The notes under the pieces: model-generated
The model's database searches: none
Told to the model about the DNA's origin: nothing
Seen by the model: only the letters and a program-made list of their open reading frames with translations
Made by a program: the position numbers and the translations under genes
NCBI GenBank assembly: GCA_964016885.1
Contig: OZ024740.1
Coordinates: 87,854,001-87,918,000 of the forward strand
Source: Eledone cirrhosa
Lineage: Eukaryota
Length of the DNA stretch: 64,000 bases
Direction of reading: 5' to 3'
Shown here: piece by piece, positions 27,984-42,020 of the stretch
How the letters are laid out: every line of letters starts with the position of its first letter
Position numbering within the stretch: the first letter of the stretch is position 1

Positions 27984-28069
27984 AATAATGGTTTCTATAT
28001 TAGCCAAACAGAGCTTACATTATGAGAACAATAAAGACTATGTAGGATGGTACTGTGTGGCTTTTAAGG

Positions 28070-29330
28070 CCTTTATAAGTATCTTGGTGTAAACAAAAGG
28101 AAAAAGATTCAGTAGGGGTCAATGAACGAGAGGATCAGAAAAACCTATTATAGACGTATTAGAATGGTCTTGACCAATGGGCTGAACTCCCAGAATAGAA
28201 TTCAAGCTAAAAACTCCCTGGTTGTGTCTGTTGTCCAGTATAGCTTTAATGTGATTAATTGGAATTTGAGAGAGTTCCAACGTGCGGACATAACAACTAG
28301 GTAACTGCTGGCAAAAGACAGATATCCATAGGCTCTATCTCCTATGAAAGGAGGGTGGTAGAGACCTAATCCAACTTGAAATGTCCTATAAAATGACCAT
28401 GATAGGACTCCAAATGTACATCCAAAATAACATCGATTGGATGACACAGGGTAAGAAACTGCACTCAATCTCAAAGGAGGCATATAAATGCAGCTACGAT
28501 AACGAGGATATGCCACCCGCCAAGGCAGCAAAAAAGTGTAAGAAAAATTCCAGACAGGAACACTTGAAGGAAATATCGAGACTGTGGCAAGAAAACCCAT
28601 TGCAAGCACAATACTCCAAAAGATCTGGCGAAGCTGTGATAGATATTAAAATATCCCATCAGTGGCTGCATAGTACTGGTTTGAATGCCGAAACAAGGAT
28701 TTATCCTAGCGGCTCATAATCAGAGGTCCACTCCCAAAACTATCATGCTAATGTCTTGAACAATGGGGTAGATACAAAGTGCAGATTCTGCGATAACAAA
28801 CTTGAGAGCATTGACCACACTGTTACTGGTTGTTTCTACAGAATACAAAACCAGGCATGATAGAGTTGGCCAATACTTGCATATGCCGTGACTATGATAC
28901 CCCGCACCCTAAGAAACGATATGAACATCATCCACAGTCAGTCACTGAGGGAGAGTATGTTATTATCCTATAGGATTACAGGATACATACAGACAGGAAA
29001 ATAAATGCTAACAGGTCATACATTATCATGAAAGACTTAATACAAAAAGCATGCTTGTTAATTGATATGGCGGTGCCTACTGATAGAAACATCCCAGCAA
29101 AAGAATTTGAGAAGCTATCTAAATGCATGGCCCGTGAGATTGAGATTTCTAGGATGAGGCAATTAAAAACCAAAATCATCCCCGTTGTTGTGGTTGCCCT
29201 GGTAATGATCAAGAAAGTTATCGACAAATTCTTTGATTAGATCCCAGGGAAACCAACAATCTATGAGTTTCAAAAAGGTGTGCTGACATCAATCGCTCAC
29301 CTTCTCAGGAAATTTATCTCCATATAATGT
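28070..29330 (+). mobile_element. Decayed 5'-truncated R4/Dong LINE
   Basis: YYRRIRMVL, QWLHSTGLNAET, KCRFC, ACLLIDMAVPTDRN..KEFEKLSK, KIIPVVVVAL; many stops and frameshifts. Confidence 0.8.
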
Positions 29331-29789
29331 AAACATGTCGTAGGTTTCAGGTTAAAACCCGACCAGATGATGAAATAAAATGGAAATCAAACGAAAGATA
29401 AAGTAAAAGAAAAAAAATGGTTCTTTATTAGCCACAGAGAGATTATACTAAAAGGACAATAAATATCGTACAGATAGGTATAGTGTAGATTTGTATTTGT
29501 TGTGTGAGTGAAAGGTTTATAACAAAAACTAAACATATAATCATTTAGAAAATCAAGCATAACAAATTCCCCAAAAGTGGGGATACCTCCGAGGTTCACT
29601 CATGGAGAAATCCCATAAAAAGCCACAGCAAACTTGACCGCTAGGGCAAGTGCTCTCTCTCAGGACCGAAACGTGAAGGATAGTACAAAAATAGGTACAG
29701 TGGGGGTTTACATAAAATCGAGTAAAAAAAGATGATAAAATATATAACAATAAAATTCCCGAATAGCAGGAGTATTACTCAGGAGTGAA

Positions 29790-31330
29790 TTAGGAACCAT
29801 ACCAATCCTAAACGACCTTACTTTTCAAGAGGACCCTAGGAGGGCGACAGTTTGTTCACTAAACTTTCCAACCTACAGGCATGCTCAGAGTAGGCCTTCC
29901 TTGGGCCATCCTCGCTACATTCACCCACCTTTCACCAAATGTACTTAGTGATAGGTGGTTTGAGGGCAGCATTTCCCTCTCCACCCTCACCATTCTTTCT
30001 ACGTGGAAGTTAAAAAAGTTGATGAGTGATTGGCCGAAGAGGAAAGTGTCAATCTTATATCATTTGGGCCGAGTCCACCACACAACCTCTTTCGCTACAG
30101 CTACCAGACAAAGGAAAACTGCGTGCCATTCCCAGCCAGAAAAGGAGCGGAGAGATCTTCACGATGGTGTCGAGCGATAACCGGATCGGTCCTATGCGCG
30201 ATTATAGCTGTTCGACAAAACTCCAGGTCAAACCGCAGTCAAAGAGACGAGCTGCAGAATGACTACTTTGACAAACGGTGACTACACCTGTTCAGGGTTT
30301 AGGAATATTTGGAGATGCCGTAGACTCAGCACATACTTGTGCATCATCAGCTACGGCATGCCCAAACCTCCACGTAAAGGGTGCTGGCAGCAGATGAATT
30401 GCATTGCCAATGGAACTTCTCCCTTCCACAAGAGCAGGCAGTCCAATTTGGTGAAGTGTGAAAGGGGGAAAGGCATGATCTTCTGGTGGTAATAAATGTA
30501 TGCCGACGCAGCTCTTCCAGGTCTCGGTATCGACGATTGATTATAGAAAGCTTTTGATTGATCCAAATATATCTGAACCACACCGATTCCAGGTTTACTC
30601 TCTACCTTCTCTTTGATGTATTGCATGAAGTGAAGTTTGTCGTGTATGGACATTGTCGACATTGTATCCGTCTCCGCCTCCACTACAAGACTCTCGACTA
30701 CAAGTACCAACCTCTTGGCTACTACCTTGATCAAAATCTTAAACTCTGTGTTTAGCAGAATTATGGGTCGGAATTTATCTAAAACGTCTCTCTTATTCTC
30801 GTCTTTCCTCATCAGTGCTACGCCCCGACTCACAGAACGGGGAAGTCTCCTGCTCTGCCACCAGTTGCAGTTGATGGCTTCGAGGAGATCGGAGAACAAG
30901 CCTAGCATATCTATGAAAAGCGTATAGAGCAGACCAGCCACACCGAGCGATTTGCACCTCGTAAATTCGGCCAAAAACTTCCCGAACCTCAGCTGCTGTA
31001 ATCGGATTTTCACAGTACTCCACAGCAACCGCCGAGAGTCAGAGCAGGCCGTCGAGGTAGGATTTAATGTGCATCACCATCTCCAACTTCCCGCTCTCCA
31101 CGAACACTCATGCGCTGACGAAAAGCCGCAAACATCTGCTTGAAATCGACCACCATGCGCCCATGTCGGTCCGCCAGAGACCGAATTAGAGTTTTATTAC
31201 CACTTTGCACCTCTACCACTCGGGTCGTCATTCTTAGAGCAAGTGAATTGTATTTTCCAAAGTAACCTTTATCTTTCGTACTGATGAATTGGCCTAGTGC
31301 CATTATCGCAGCTAGCACGTTGGTTTCCAT
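29790..31330 (-). mobile_element. Decayed L1/Tx1-type LINE ORF2 relic
   Basis: CENPITAAEVRE, DKFRPIILLNTEFKILIKVVAKRL, SIHDKL, YLDQSKAF. Confidence 0.7.
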
Positions 31331-32386
31331 GTTGATTGGTTAGTTGAAAGAGAAAATAAACGCGGGAAAAATGTTCCTATACCTTACCGATAAACATTTT
31401 TCTGAAGGTCACAAACACAGACCGATTATCAACTAACACAAGGTGAAACCTGGATAATCATGTCCTATCTTAAAACGAAGCATATAAGCCCACCTACAGC
31501 AGAATGCTGATGCCGAAAGCTAGTCACATGCCCGCTATATTAAAAATGCAATACACTGCACTGTTGTATGAAGCAGAAGTAACCTCTGCCAACACACACC
31601 ACAAAAGCAAAACATAGCCATACGTAGGAATGTTAGGGCTGGCTTAAAAACCGTAATCTCAATCACGAAACGAATTTCATACACCAAGAAAAAAGATACA
31701 CCACGAAAATCGCACACCATATTTTGAACCTGAAGGACACCACGAAGGAATATGCTATGAATAGGAAAAATCAAAACCATATATAAATGAGTCACGCCGA
31801 TGGTCCCTCTACACAGATGAAAAATGGAATATTAAAATAAGAAATGCCTAAATGCCTTCCTAGAATTTTTCATTCTTCAATCGCTGTCCACGTGAATCTA
31901 TATTCATCTTGAATAACTTTACTAGAGCAGATTGAAATTATCTATTGAATACCAGACAAAACACACATTTTATAGTAAGTTATAAAATCTCCTTCCCCTT
32001 CAATTAATTATCAATTATATTAATATTAAGTTACCTCCCTTTGTTATTCATCCATTATATAGGAGACAATAAATCTCCTATATAAAGTTAATAAGTCTCC
32101 CTTTTTCTATTAATTATTTATTATATTATTATTATTTTACCACTTCTGAATTATAATTAATATTACGTTACCTCGTCTTCTTAATTATAACTTACTTCCC
32201 ATAATTAATTAACTTTACCTTATATCTCTAAAGTGCTCTTCCTCTTACTCACCAGAACTCTTTTGTTGTTAGCTGGAATCAGCCATTTTTTTCTTCAAGT
32301 AAAAGCCGATAAGATAGTAAAATGTTGTCTTTGAGACGCGTGTCCTATTAATTATGAATTCTTTGCATTCTTCTTTGTGTAATTAA

Positions 32387-32508
<122 letters not shown>

Positions 32509-32597
32509 GTTCCCACACAAATCCGTTTATTCACTATGCGCGTGGAAATCGGTGATCCTAGACGATAACTAATTGTCTGGCTCATAATTATTATTAC

Positions 32598-33150
32598 GTG
32601 AATTGGCAGTATCGGTAGAGCGTCATACACCATACTTAGCAGCATAGAGTTATGGCTCTTTATGTTCTGAGTTCAAATCCCACCGAGGTTAATTTGCTTT
32701 TCATCCTATTAGGCCTTGTGCCTAAATCAGAAATCATTATTATTATTACTTTAAGGGCGGTGAATTGGCAGTATCGGTAGAGGGTCGGACGCCATGCTTT
32801 GACGCATAGAGTTACGGCCCCTGCCATTCTGAGTTCAAATCCCGTCGAGGTTAACTTTGCCTTTCATCCTAACGTGGGTCGATAAAATAATGTACCAGTA
32901 ATACACTGGCATAATTGCAGGCCTTGTGCCTATTGTAGAAACAATTATTATTATTACTTTATGGATTGACAGTATCGGTAGAGCATCAGACACCATGCTT
33001 TCCAACAGAGAGTTATAGCCATTTACGTTCTGAGTTCTAATCCCGCCAAGGTTAACTTTGCCTTTGATCCTTACAGGGTCGATAAAATAAAGCACCAGTA
33101 ATGCACTGGGGTAATTGTTTGCCTCGTGCCCCAAAATAGAAACAATTATT
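32598..33150 (+). mobile_element. Tandem array of tRNA-derived SINEs (three units)
   Basis: Repeated tggcagtatcggtagag...gagttcaaatccc...gtcgataaaata; further partial copy at 33400-33540. Confidence 0.85.
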
Positions 33151-33167
33151 ATATATATATACCCCCC

Positions 33168-33213
<46 letters not shown>

Positions 33214-33814
33214 CTCAATCTTTGCCTGCTTTTCCTAATACAATCATTTATATCTATTTTCTCTGTGAACTCTGGGAACCTGTACCATACTCGAGGATGT
33301 AACATCTGGGAAATTATATTGTAGGACTTCATTAGCCATGTCGAGGGAAAATATTTGGTAAGCTGTTCTTTCGTTAATATTTACATAATCAGATCTGATT
33401 TCAAGTCCTGCCGTTGTTAACTTTGCCTTTCATCCATACGGGGTCGATAAAATAAAGTACCAGTAATGCACTAGGGTCGATTTAATCGACTTTCTCCTCT
33501 CCCAAAATCGTTGGCCTTGTACCTAAATCTGAAACCAATATTTACATAATCATTTTACAAATACGATTTTACCAACATAAAGTTAAAAGGCCCTTATCTT
33601 CTCATATATATATGTACATGATGGCTTCCCCCTCATTATCGAGTATGGCCATTGCACGGGAAAAAAAAAATATATATACATATATATTAATCACAATAAT
33701 AATAATAATAACAATAATAATAACGACAACAACAACAATAATGATATACATTACATATATATATATACACACACACGCACACACACAAACATACCTATAC
33801 ACACACGATAGCAA

Positions 33815-36800
33815 CTAACAGCTCTGCGATCGAATGTGGATTTTTAGCCCAGCCAATGATCCAAAACATTCACTTGGAATAGCCGGCTGTGGTTGGAGTT
33901 CATGTACTTTTGCATGTCGCTTGAGCCCTCCTACTGATTTACATTCTCTACCACATGCTTGGCAAGCATGATGAGAAGCATCTCCAACAGCAGCCTGGTA
34001 GTCAACCACTGGTCTTACTTTATGACTGCGAAGATGACTTTCGAGTCCAGCATTGCTTTGGCAGAGTCTCGCACAGACGCTGCATGTCAGCACCATAGGA
34101 GGACCGTCTCCGTCTGGAAGTGCAACAGCAATGCCCTTCCTCACGTCCCGCTTTACTTTCTCGTATGCGATTCGAGATGCCTCAAAGGCAACTTTTCCCT
34201 CATATACAGTCTTTCTCCATTTATTACGATCAGCAGCAATATTTTCCCATGTATCAGCAGAGTTGTTAGCGTCTTTCAAAGAGGCTTTCAAGGAATCCTT
34301 ATACCTCTTTTTTGGTTTATGCGGCGGTCGTTTTCCTTTAACTAACTCTCCATAAAAGAGTTGTTTTGGTATTCTAGAATCTTTCATCCTGGCAAGGTGA
34401 CCACTCCAACGGAGTCGTTGCTTAAGCACAAGAGCTTCTATACTGTCACACATAGAGCTTTCCAAAATCTCGATATCACTGATGTGGTCCCTCCAGTGAA
34501 CGCCATGGATCCGTCTGAGACACATCTGATGGAAACGCTCCAATTGCTTAAGGTGGTGTCGATATGTGACCCAGGTCTCGCAGGCATAAAGAAGAGAAGA
34601 GAGCACACATGCCTTGTACACCTTTACCTTTGTCTTCTTGCATATGTCTCGCCGACCCCAGAGTCGCTTTTCTAGCTTTCCGAAAGCATCACTTGCTTTT
34701 CTAATCCTAAGTGAGATTTCACTGACAAGGCTGCTGTATCGATTGACAGTGCTTCCCAGGTAGACAAGCTGATCAACCACTCCAAGTCGTTTACCATACA
34801 CACAGATATTTGGTTCACTGTACTGCTTACCAGGTTGTTACATGACGACGGTTTTCTTGAGACTGACAGTCAATCCTAGGGCAGTGCAAGCGTCAGAAAA
34901 TGCATTCAAAATGTGCTGCATATCACTCTCTGTGTGCGCTACAAGATCGCAATCATCTGCATACAAGAGGTCACTTATGATTGATGTAAATACTTTTGTC
35001 TTTGCAGCAAAGCGACTGATGTTAAATATGCTGCCTGAGGTTCGATATCGGATGTAAACACCATGCTCGCAATTCCTGAATACAATACAGAAAACCATTG
35101 CAAAGTATATGGAAAACAGGGCCGGTGCTGGAATATCCCCCTGTTTCACTCCATTTTTTACTGAGATAGGCTCCGACATGTTATCTCCGACATTAACTCA
35201 AGCCTTCATGTCGTCATGGAAAGACCTAACTAAAGCAAGGAACTTATCAGGGCAACCAAGTTTCTAGAGAACCTTCCATAATGCATTATCGAAAGCTTTT
35301 GTCAGATCAAAACCTGATACAGATCCAAACCTTGCTCCATGCACTTCTCCTGGAGCTGTCTAGCTGAGAAGATCATATCAGTAGTGCCGCGTCCAGCACG
35401 AAAACAAGATTGACTTTCAGGAAGAACACAATCTGCAATGTGTGTCAGCAGACGGTCTAGGAGCACCCTACATAAAACTTTCCCTACTACAGAAAGCAAC
35501 GATATACCTCTGTAGTTCCTACAATCATCCCTTTCCCTTGTACAAGACCACCATTATTGCATCTCTCCAGTCCTCAGGTACGGATTCATTAGCCCATATC
35601 CTGCCAAACAAAGAGTGAAGATGCCGCAGGAGTCTCCCACCACCATATTGTAGGAGCTCAGCATGTATACCATCCATACCTGGAGACCTTCCACTGTTCA
35701 GCTTAGAAATAGCCACTGCAACCTCCACAAGCGTCGGAGGTTCTGCGAGAGCTACTTTCACAGGACTTTCTGGAATGAGATTGAGGAAATCTTCACTGAC
35801 GACAGACGACTGATTCAAAAGATCATCAAAGTGCTCTCGCCACCTTCGTAGAATTCCTTGTGAGTCACGAAGAAGTTCTTTGCCATCCTTGCTGCGAAGC
35901 GGTGTCACCAGAGAAGAAGACGGTCTATAAACGTCACGCAAGAGACTGTACAACAGCTTTGTGTTATTGGAATCTGACGCAGTTTGTATCTCACCAGCCT
36001 TCTCACTCCACCACTGATCCTTCATCTGAGAAAGACTCCGCCTAACACGTGATTTTACATCCTTGAGTTCCTCATGCAACGTATTCCTCTCCTGTGGTTT
36101 TGCCGTCAAGTAGCGTGACAGAGCACGCCTCTTATCAGCCAACAAGTCTTCTATATGTACATCATTCTCATTAAACCAGTCTTGATGTTTTCTTTGCACC
36201 AATCCCAGAACACGCCTGCCTACATTACAAACCGACTTTTTAAGGGTCGGCCAATTCTCACCAAGATCTGCAACCTGCATCTCTTCTTCCAATGTCCTTT
36301 TCACATTTTTATCCTTAAGACGGGTAACATTCAATCTTTTGGGCAGGGTAACACAAGGAGCCCGGATTTTACGTTTAGTGATTAGTTTAACTTTTGCGCG
36401 TACCAGGCGGTAGTCGTCCAGCACTCAGCTCCACGAAGAGCAAGAACACACTGCACATCCTGTCTGTCACGCTTCCTGACTAGGACGTAGTCCAAAAGAT
36501 GCCATTCCTTAGATGCAGGATGCATCCATGTGGTCTTGAATTTGTTCTTTTGTTGGAACATGGTGTTGATAACACACACACCCAGCTCCTCACACATCTG
36601 CAGCATGAGCATACCATTGTTGTTACACTTTCCCACCCCATGCCTTCCGATTACATTCCATGTGTTAAAATCCCTACCCACTCTAGCATTAAAGTCACCA
36701 AGCACGATGACTTTGTCTGCCTGAGGGATATTTCTTAAAACACCTTTCAAGGCATGGTAAAAGGACACTTTGTCTTCATCGACAGAATTCATAGTTGGAG

Positions 36801-37260
36801 CATACACACTCTCCAGGGTTGCATATCTTCCTTTGTCTAGCGGAATTCTCATGGACATAAGACGCTCACTAATCCCTACTGGGAATTCTTCTAATTTATT
36901 CACAAGAACACTCTTAACAGCAAATCCTACCCCAGCCTCTCTTCTGGTTCCTTCATCTCTTCCTTTCCAGAAGAATGTATATTCTCCACAAAATTCTGTA
37001 AGATGACCATCTCCAGCTAACCTCGTCTCAGATAAAGCCACGATGTCAAGATCGTAACGTCGAAGCTCCTTTGCAACAAGAGCGGTCCTTCGTTCAGGAC
37101 GTTCCAAGGAATCCCTGTCAAGCAGCGTCCGTACGTTCCAGCAGCCAAGACTAAATGCCTTGTTTGGCTCTATTACAATGGCACGATGACGAGCGGGCCC
37201 AGACTGTGATAAGCTGGGGCCCCTGCCCTTATTGGCAATTATCTTTTTTGTTCCAGAACC
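33815..37260 (-). mobile_element. RTE-clade LINE (APE + RT + C2H2 fingers), frameshifted
   Basis: APE: GCWNVRTL, ALSETRL, VYAPT, LGDFNARVG, TWMHP..WHLLDYV; RT: SPGMDGIHAE, RGTTDMIF, GVKQGDIPAP, LLYADD, YLGS; LRWSGHLARM..RIPKQLFYGEL; CSVC..HLRSH and CQAC..HAKVH. Confidence 0.92.
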
Positions 37261-37372
37261 TAAATTGCCAATTATCTCTTTTATATTGTTCTGGAACATC
37301 ATTGAATTGCGGGAAAAAAAGTAATAATATATGTACATACATACATACATATACATATATATATACATATGT

Positions 37373-37512
37373 ATAGGAAAAGAGTCAGGATCACGACGGC
37401 TGAGCTCCGGCCGTTTCGACAGCTAGATCCGATCTACTACCCTAAGTATCGAGTAGTCTGGTGCGTTATGGTCCACCTGGTTCCTTACCACACTTCCTTC
37501 GTTCTTCGTTAT
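37373..37512. mobile_element. Two-ended PLE1-family mini-insertion
   Basis: ataggaaaag...gtttcgac (minus) joined to ctactaccctaag...cttcgttat (plus). Confidence 0.85.
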
Positions 37513-37519
37513 ATATATA

Positions 37520-37609
<90 letters not shown>

Positions 37610-37890
37610 TGTATATATAAACAAATACACTATACATATAGATGTGTATGTGTGTGTGTGTATGTGTGAGTATGTATATATAAATACACACACACATATA
37701 TATAGAGATAGATAAATAGATAGATATGTGTGTATGTATGTATATGTATATATAAATACACACACACGCATATATATATATACTCTTTTACTCTTTTACC
37801 TGTCTCAGCCATCCGGCTGAGGCCATGCTGGGGCACCGCCCTTGAAATATAAATCCTTGCATCGACCGGGATACATATATATATATATAT

Positions 37891-38506
37891 AGATAATTTA
37901 ATATATCTACTAACATAAGCGCACAGATGTACGCTAATGCCAGCAAATACACAGGTTATGTCATAGTACCTAGGTGGTTCAATGCAGGAGAATGCAGAAC
38001 AATAATATAAAAGACGTAAAATAAGAAAATTTTAAAAAAAAATTAAAAAAAAATTAACTTACTTACTTAAATTTTCACTCCAACTAATTAGTTTCTGCAA
38101 TGGGATAAAGACAGTTACGTAATGAACTGTTGAGAATTTCATTGCGTCATCAGGGAGGTCATTCTCAGCCAAGTCTCCAGGCAATGCGCGGACACTGGGG
38201 ACTCATATAAAAATAATAATAATTCGGTAAATGGAACAGCTATCGAGGACTGGATTCCAGCTACTGAAAATTCCCACTGCCACTGGTCATATGGCCGATT
38301 CTAAAGAATCAATCACGTGACACAGAGGCTAGTCAGTAGGAATGGGATGGTAAGATGACAGACGCCTACTAACACCCTCCACAAAATTTAGAAGTGGCTT
38401 TGGCAGGTTTGCTCGACAAATCAGTGATTTGGAGATAAATATAGATAATTTAATATATCTACTAACATAAGCGCACAGATGTACGCTAATGCCAGCAAAT
38501 ACACAG
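37891..38506. repeat. 64 bp direct repeats 552 nt apart, between TA tracts
   Basis: agataatttaatatatctactaacataagcgcacagatgtacgctaatgccagcaaatacacag at 37891 and 38443. Confidence 0.9.
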
Positions 38507-38513
38507 CAAATAC

Positions 38514-38582
<69 letters not shown>

Positions 38583-39277
38583 GTGTGTGTGTGTATTTAT
38601 ATATAAATGTATGTATATATAAATACACACACACACGCATATATATATATATATATATATATATGCGTGTGTGTGTGTGTATTTATATATACATACACAC
38701 ACTCACATATATATATATACACACATGTATATATTAAGCAAGAACGAATATTTTTCCTTCTTCCTCAGAAGCAATGTTGTATTTATTATTCAGAAACGTA
38801 TTTACTGTGTGATCTACATAGAAGTATGTACTGCATTGCCTCTAGCAAATAGTTGTTAGTTTTTTAGTGAAATAAGAAAATAACTAAGCTATACGAACCA
38901 GAGGCAACAACAACAAATTATAACATAACCCATGGGATTTTATTTTATATATGGATTGTAATTTTTCTTATATTCGCGTACAATATTGCGTTGGTTATCT
39001 TGTCTTCTCACGAAGGGATCTAAATTTACTGACGTGCATACACAATTTGCTGCTGCAGAAAAGTTAATTCTTTTTAAAAACACATTTTGCTATGTATTTA
39101 CCTATTCTGTTTTTTCAAAAGGATACTTTAATTTTTTTCGTTGTTAACTTCAGCGGTTAGTTGGTAAATAGACACTATTTTCTTCAGAAATAAGGAAATT
39201 AAATTTAGTGACCAGAAGTTATAAAACAATTATTGGCTGTCACTTTGGTTAGTATGTGTGTAAATGTGTGTAAATCA

Positions 39278-39600
39278 ACATGGTGAAGACGCACTATTTT
39301 GTGGTTAGGTTATTTGGCTCACGGTCATGAGTTTAATTCCCAGCGGCGCGTTGTATCCTTGAGCAAGACATTTTATTTTACGTTGATCCAGTCCACTTAG
39401 CTGGCAAAAATGAGTTGTACCTCTCATTCCAAGGGCCAGCCTTGTCACATTCTGTGTCAAAGTGAATCTCCCTGAGAAATACGTTAAGGGTATGCATGTC
39501 TGTGGAATTCTCAGCTATTTAAACGTTAATTTCAGGAGCAGTCTATTTCGTTGATCGCATCAACTGGATCACTTGTCGCCGTAACTGACGGAGTGCCAGT
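39278..39600 (+). mobile_element. Second SINE family (tRNA head + tccttgagcaagaca domain)
   Basis: gtggttag..gagtttaattccc..tgtatccttgagcaagaca; related fragments at 47065-47170 and 59325-59400 (minus). Confidence 0.6.
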
Positions 39601-39780
39601 TTAATGAACATTAGATGTACTAATAGCTTTCAAATAACTACGAAGCCTACGTAGGTAGTTTCTTGTCTCAAATGATATTAATATATTTGCACCAACATAA
39701 AAAAAAACTAGAATTATTTTGTGATTGCTATGTTCAAAGACTATAACAATGGTTCCTGTTTTAGGCACAAGGCAAGCAAT

Positions 39781-40202
39781 TTCGTTTCATTCTATTCCAT
39801 TTATCGTTTTCGGTGCGCCCGACCGACTAAACTCACTCGATATGCAAATTAGGCTGCTCAGCCGTTAATATGCATAAGGAAAGTATATACTTTCAGACGT
39901 TCAACCATCTGGCAGGAAGGTATACGATGCTGACGATAGCTAATAAACTTGAAACTAGTACATCGTTCCTGTGTCAGTGTTGAACAAAAAGGTGACGTGG
40001 TTGCCTAAACACTGTACGGCATAATTCGGGCTGTTTGTTTGTTTACAAACAAACCGAGCATTATAATAAATGTTCGGTAAACCGATACGTGCATATATAT
40101 ATGTGTGCATGTATGTATATATATACATACTACTGTACGTCTGTATACATATATGTATGTACGTATACATACATACATACTTACATTTCCTTTCATTCTA
40201 TT

Positions 40203-40205
<3 letters not shown>
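39781..40205 (+). mobile_element. Family F monomer (candidate retrozyme) with terminal redundancy
   Basis: Homologous to 23720-24090; tttcattctattcca at 39785 and 40191 (406 nt period); ends in (TA)n. Confidence 0.75.
39925..39965 (+). ncRNA. Minimal type I hammerhead (family F)
   Basis: cgatg-CTGACGA-tagc(taataa)actt-GAAA-ctag-TA|catcg; palindromic ACTAGT stem III; the 23847 copy has the paired agc/gct stem II. Confidence 0.8.
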
Positions 40206-40261
<56 letters not shown>

Positions 40262-40380
40262 ATAATGAGAGGTATACAGATATATGTGTATACATACATA
40301 TACATGTATATATAAACATATATTTTTGAGAGACAAGATAACCGAAATAATTAAATTGACACAATATCAGAGTTATGTAA

Positions 40381-40809
40381 AATATTATAAAAAGGAATAA
40401 TAGATACAATATACCTATTTTTCTTTAGTCCCGACTATACAGTTTTGCTGGTCACTATACACAAATGCTATATCATAGATATGTAACATTGTTGTGAGGT
40501 AAGCCAGCTTATCAAGGGACCACCTCAGGGAAGAGCCCTAACTACATACGTCCGTAGCATACGAGAAAATCTCAGAAAGGCGGAGGGAGACTCTATCACG
40601 TGATACACCGGTCAAGAAAGGGGATTAATCCCTTGTAGCAGTGAAAAATATCTCTTCCCTGTGGTGCTCCCTTGATAAGCTGGCTTACCTCACAACAATG
40701 TTACATATCTATGATATAGCATTTTTGCATAGTGACCAGCGAAACTGTACAGTCGGGACTAAGGAAAAAAATACGTATATTGTATCTATTATTCCATTTT
40801 ATAATATTT
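40381..40809. mobile_element. Fold-back element with ~155 bp arms, each carrying a hammerhead (family I)
   Basis: 40381-40534 inverted relative to 40654-40809 with scattered mismatches. Confidence 0.85.
40668..40758 (+). ncRNA. Type I hammerhead, U3-A8 variant (family I)
   Basis: tccc-TTGATAA-gctgg...ccagc-GAAA-ctgtacag-TC|ggga; minus copy 40429-40519 has G12 to A. Confidence 0.8.
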
Positions 40810-40901
40810 TATATATATATATATATATATTTAATATAGAAAAGCATTGTATTGAGTACCTTACTTACTGTGGTTACCCCCGATTGAACCCGGGATAAAC
40901 T

Positions 40902-40957
<56 letters not shown>

Positions 40958-41576
40958 TATGTGTGAGTTCTACAGTGTCTGCTCGTAAAATCTCATATAT
41001 TTTCCCTTCTTTTAGAGGTTTTCTCTGCGCAAATGTATGAGTTTTGTTTTGTATTTTGTATTTGCAATAAAAATAATTCTCTGTTGATATTTACAAAAGG
41101 GTATAGACACGAAATAGGAGAAAATGAGTTATTATAATGGACCAGTGGAAAATGTATTGTAGATGGCTGTCAGCTGATTACTAACAAATTTTAACCTAGC
41201 TAATCCACAAAACATTTAACTTTGTGTTAATCAATAGAAATATTTCTAGAGTTATTATTACGGTTTTATCTCGCAAATATTGCATGTATACAGAAATCGT
41301 TGGTGTTTTAAATTTAGCGGAGATGTGGCTGTTAATCGTTATGTAAAAAGAAATACATATTTAAAGAGAGCATTAAAAGACGTGAGGATTCCTTATTTTA
41401 TGTACGGTGGATAAAAAACAGTGAGGAAAATGTATGCAGAATGTTATGCAAGAAACACATTGTAAAATCGCCTCTGTCTGCTTTAACAGCATTATCTGAC
41501 ATTGAAACCTCCAACGTTTATACAGAAGATAAACCCCAGTCAAAGCCACCGTCTCTATATGCGTTTGTCTAGTTAA

Positions 41577-42020
41577 TAATTGTTTCTAGCAATTACCCAG
41601 TGCATTACTGGTACTTTATTTTATCGACCCCGTAAGGATGAAAGGCAAAGTTAACCTTGGCGGGATTTGAGCTCAGAATGGCAAGGGCCGTAACTCAATG
41701 CGTCAAAGCATGGCGTCCGACCCTCTACCGATACTGCCAATCCACCTAGTTAATAATTGTTTCTACTTTTGGCACAAGGCCAGCAATTACCCAGTACATT
41801 ACTGGTACTTTATTTTATCGACCCCGTAAGGATGAAAGGCAAAGTTAACCTTGGAGGGATTTTAACTCAGTCCGTAAAGGGACGTAACTCTATGCTAGAA
41901 AGCATGGCGTCCGACCCTCTAATGTTTTCCAATTTAGGCAGAGAGCTATGAATTTTTGTGGGAGGGGAATCCGATTAAATCGACCCAATATTTATATGGT
42001 AGTTTATTTTATCGATCCCA
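41577..42020 (-). mobile_element. Tandem tRNA-derived SINEs
   Basis: Two units plus a partial one, reverse complement of the 16999 type. Confidence 0.85.
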
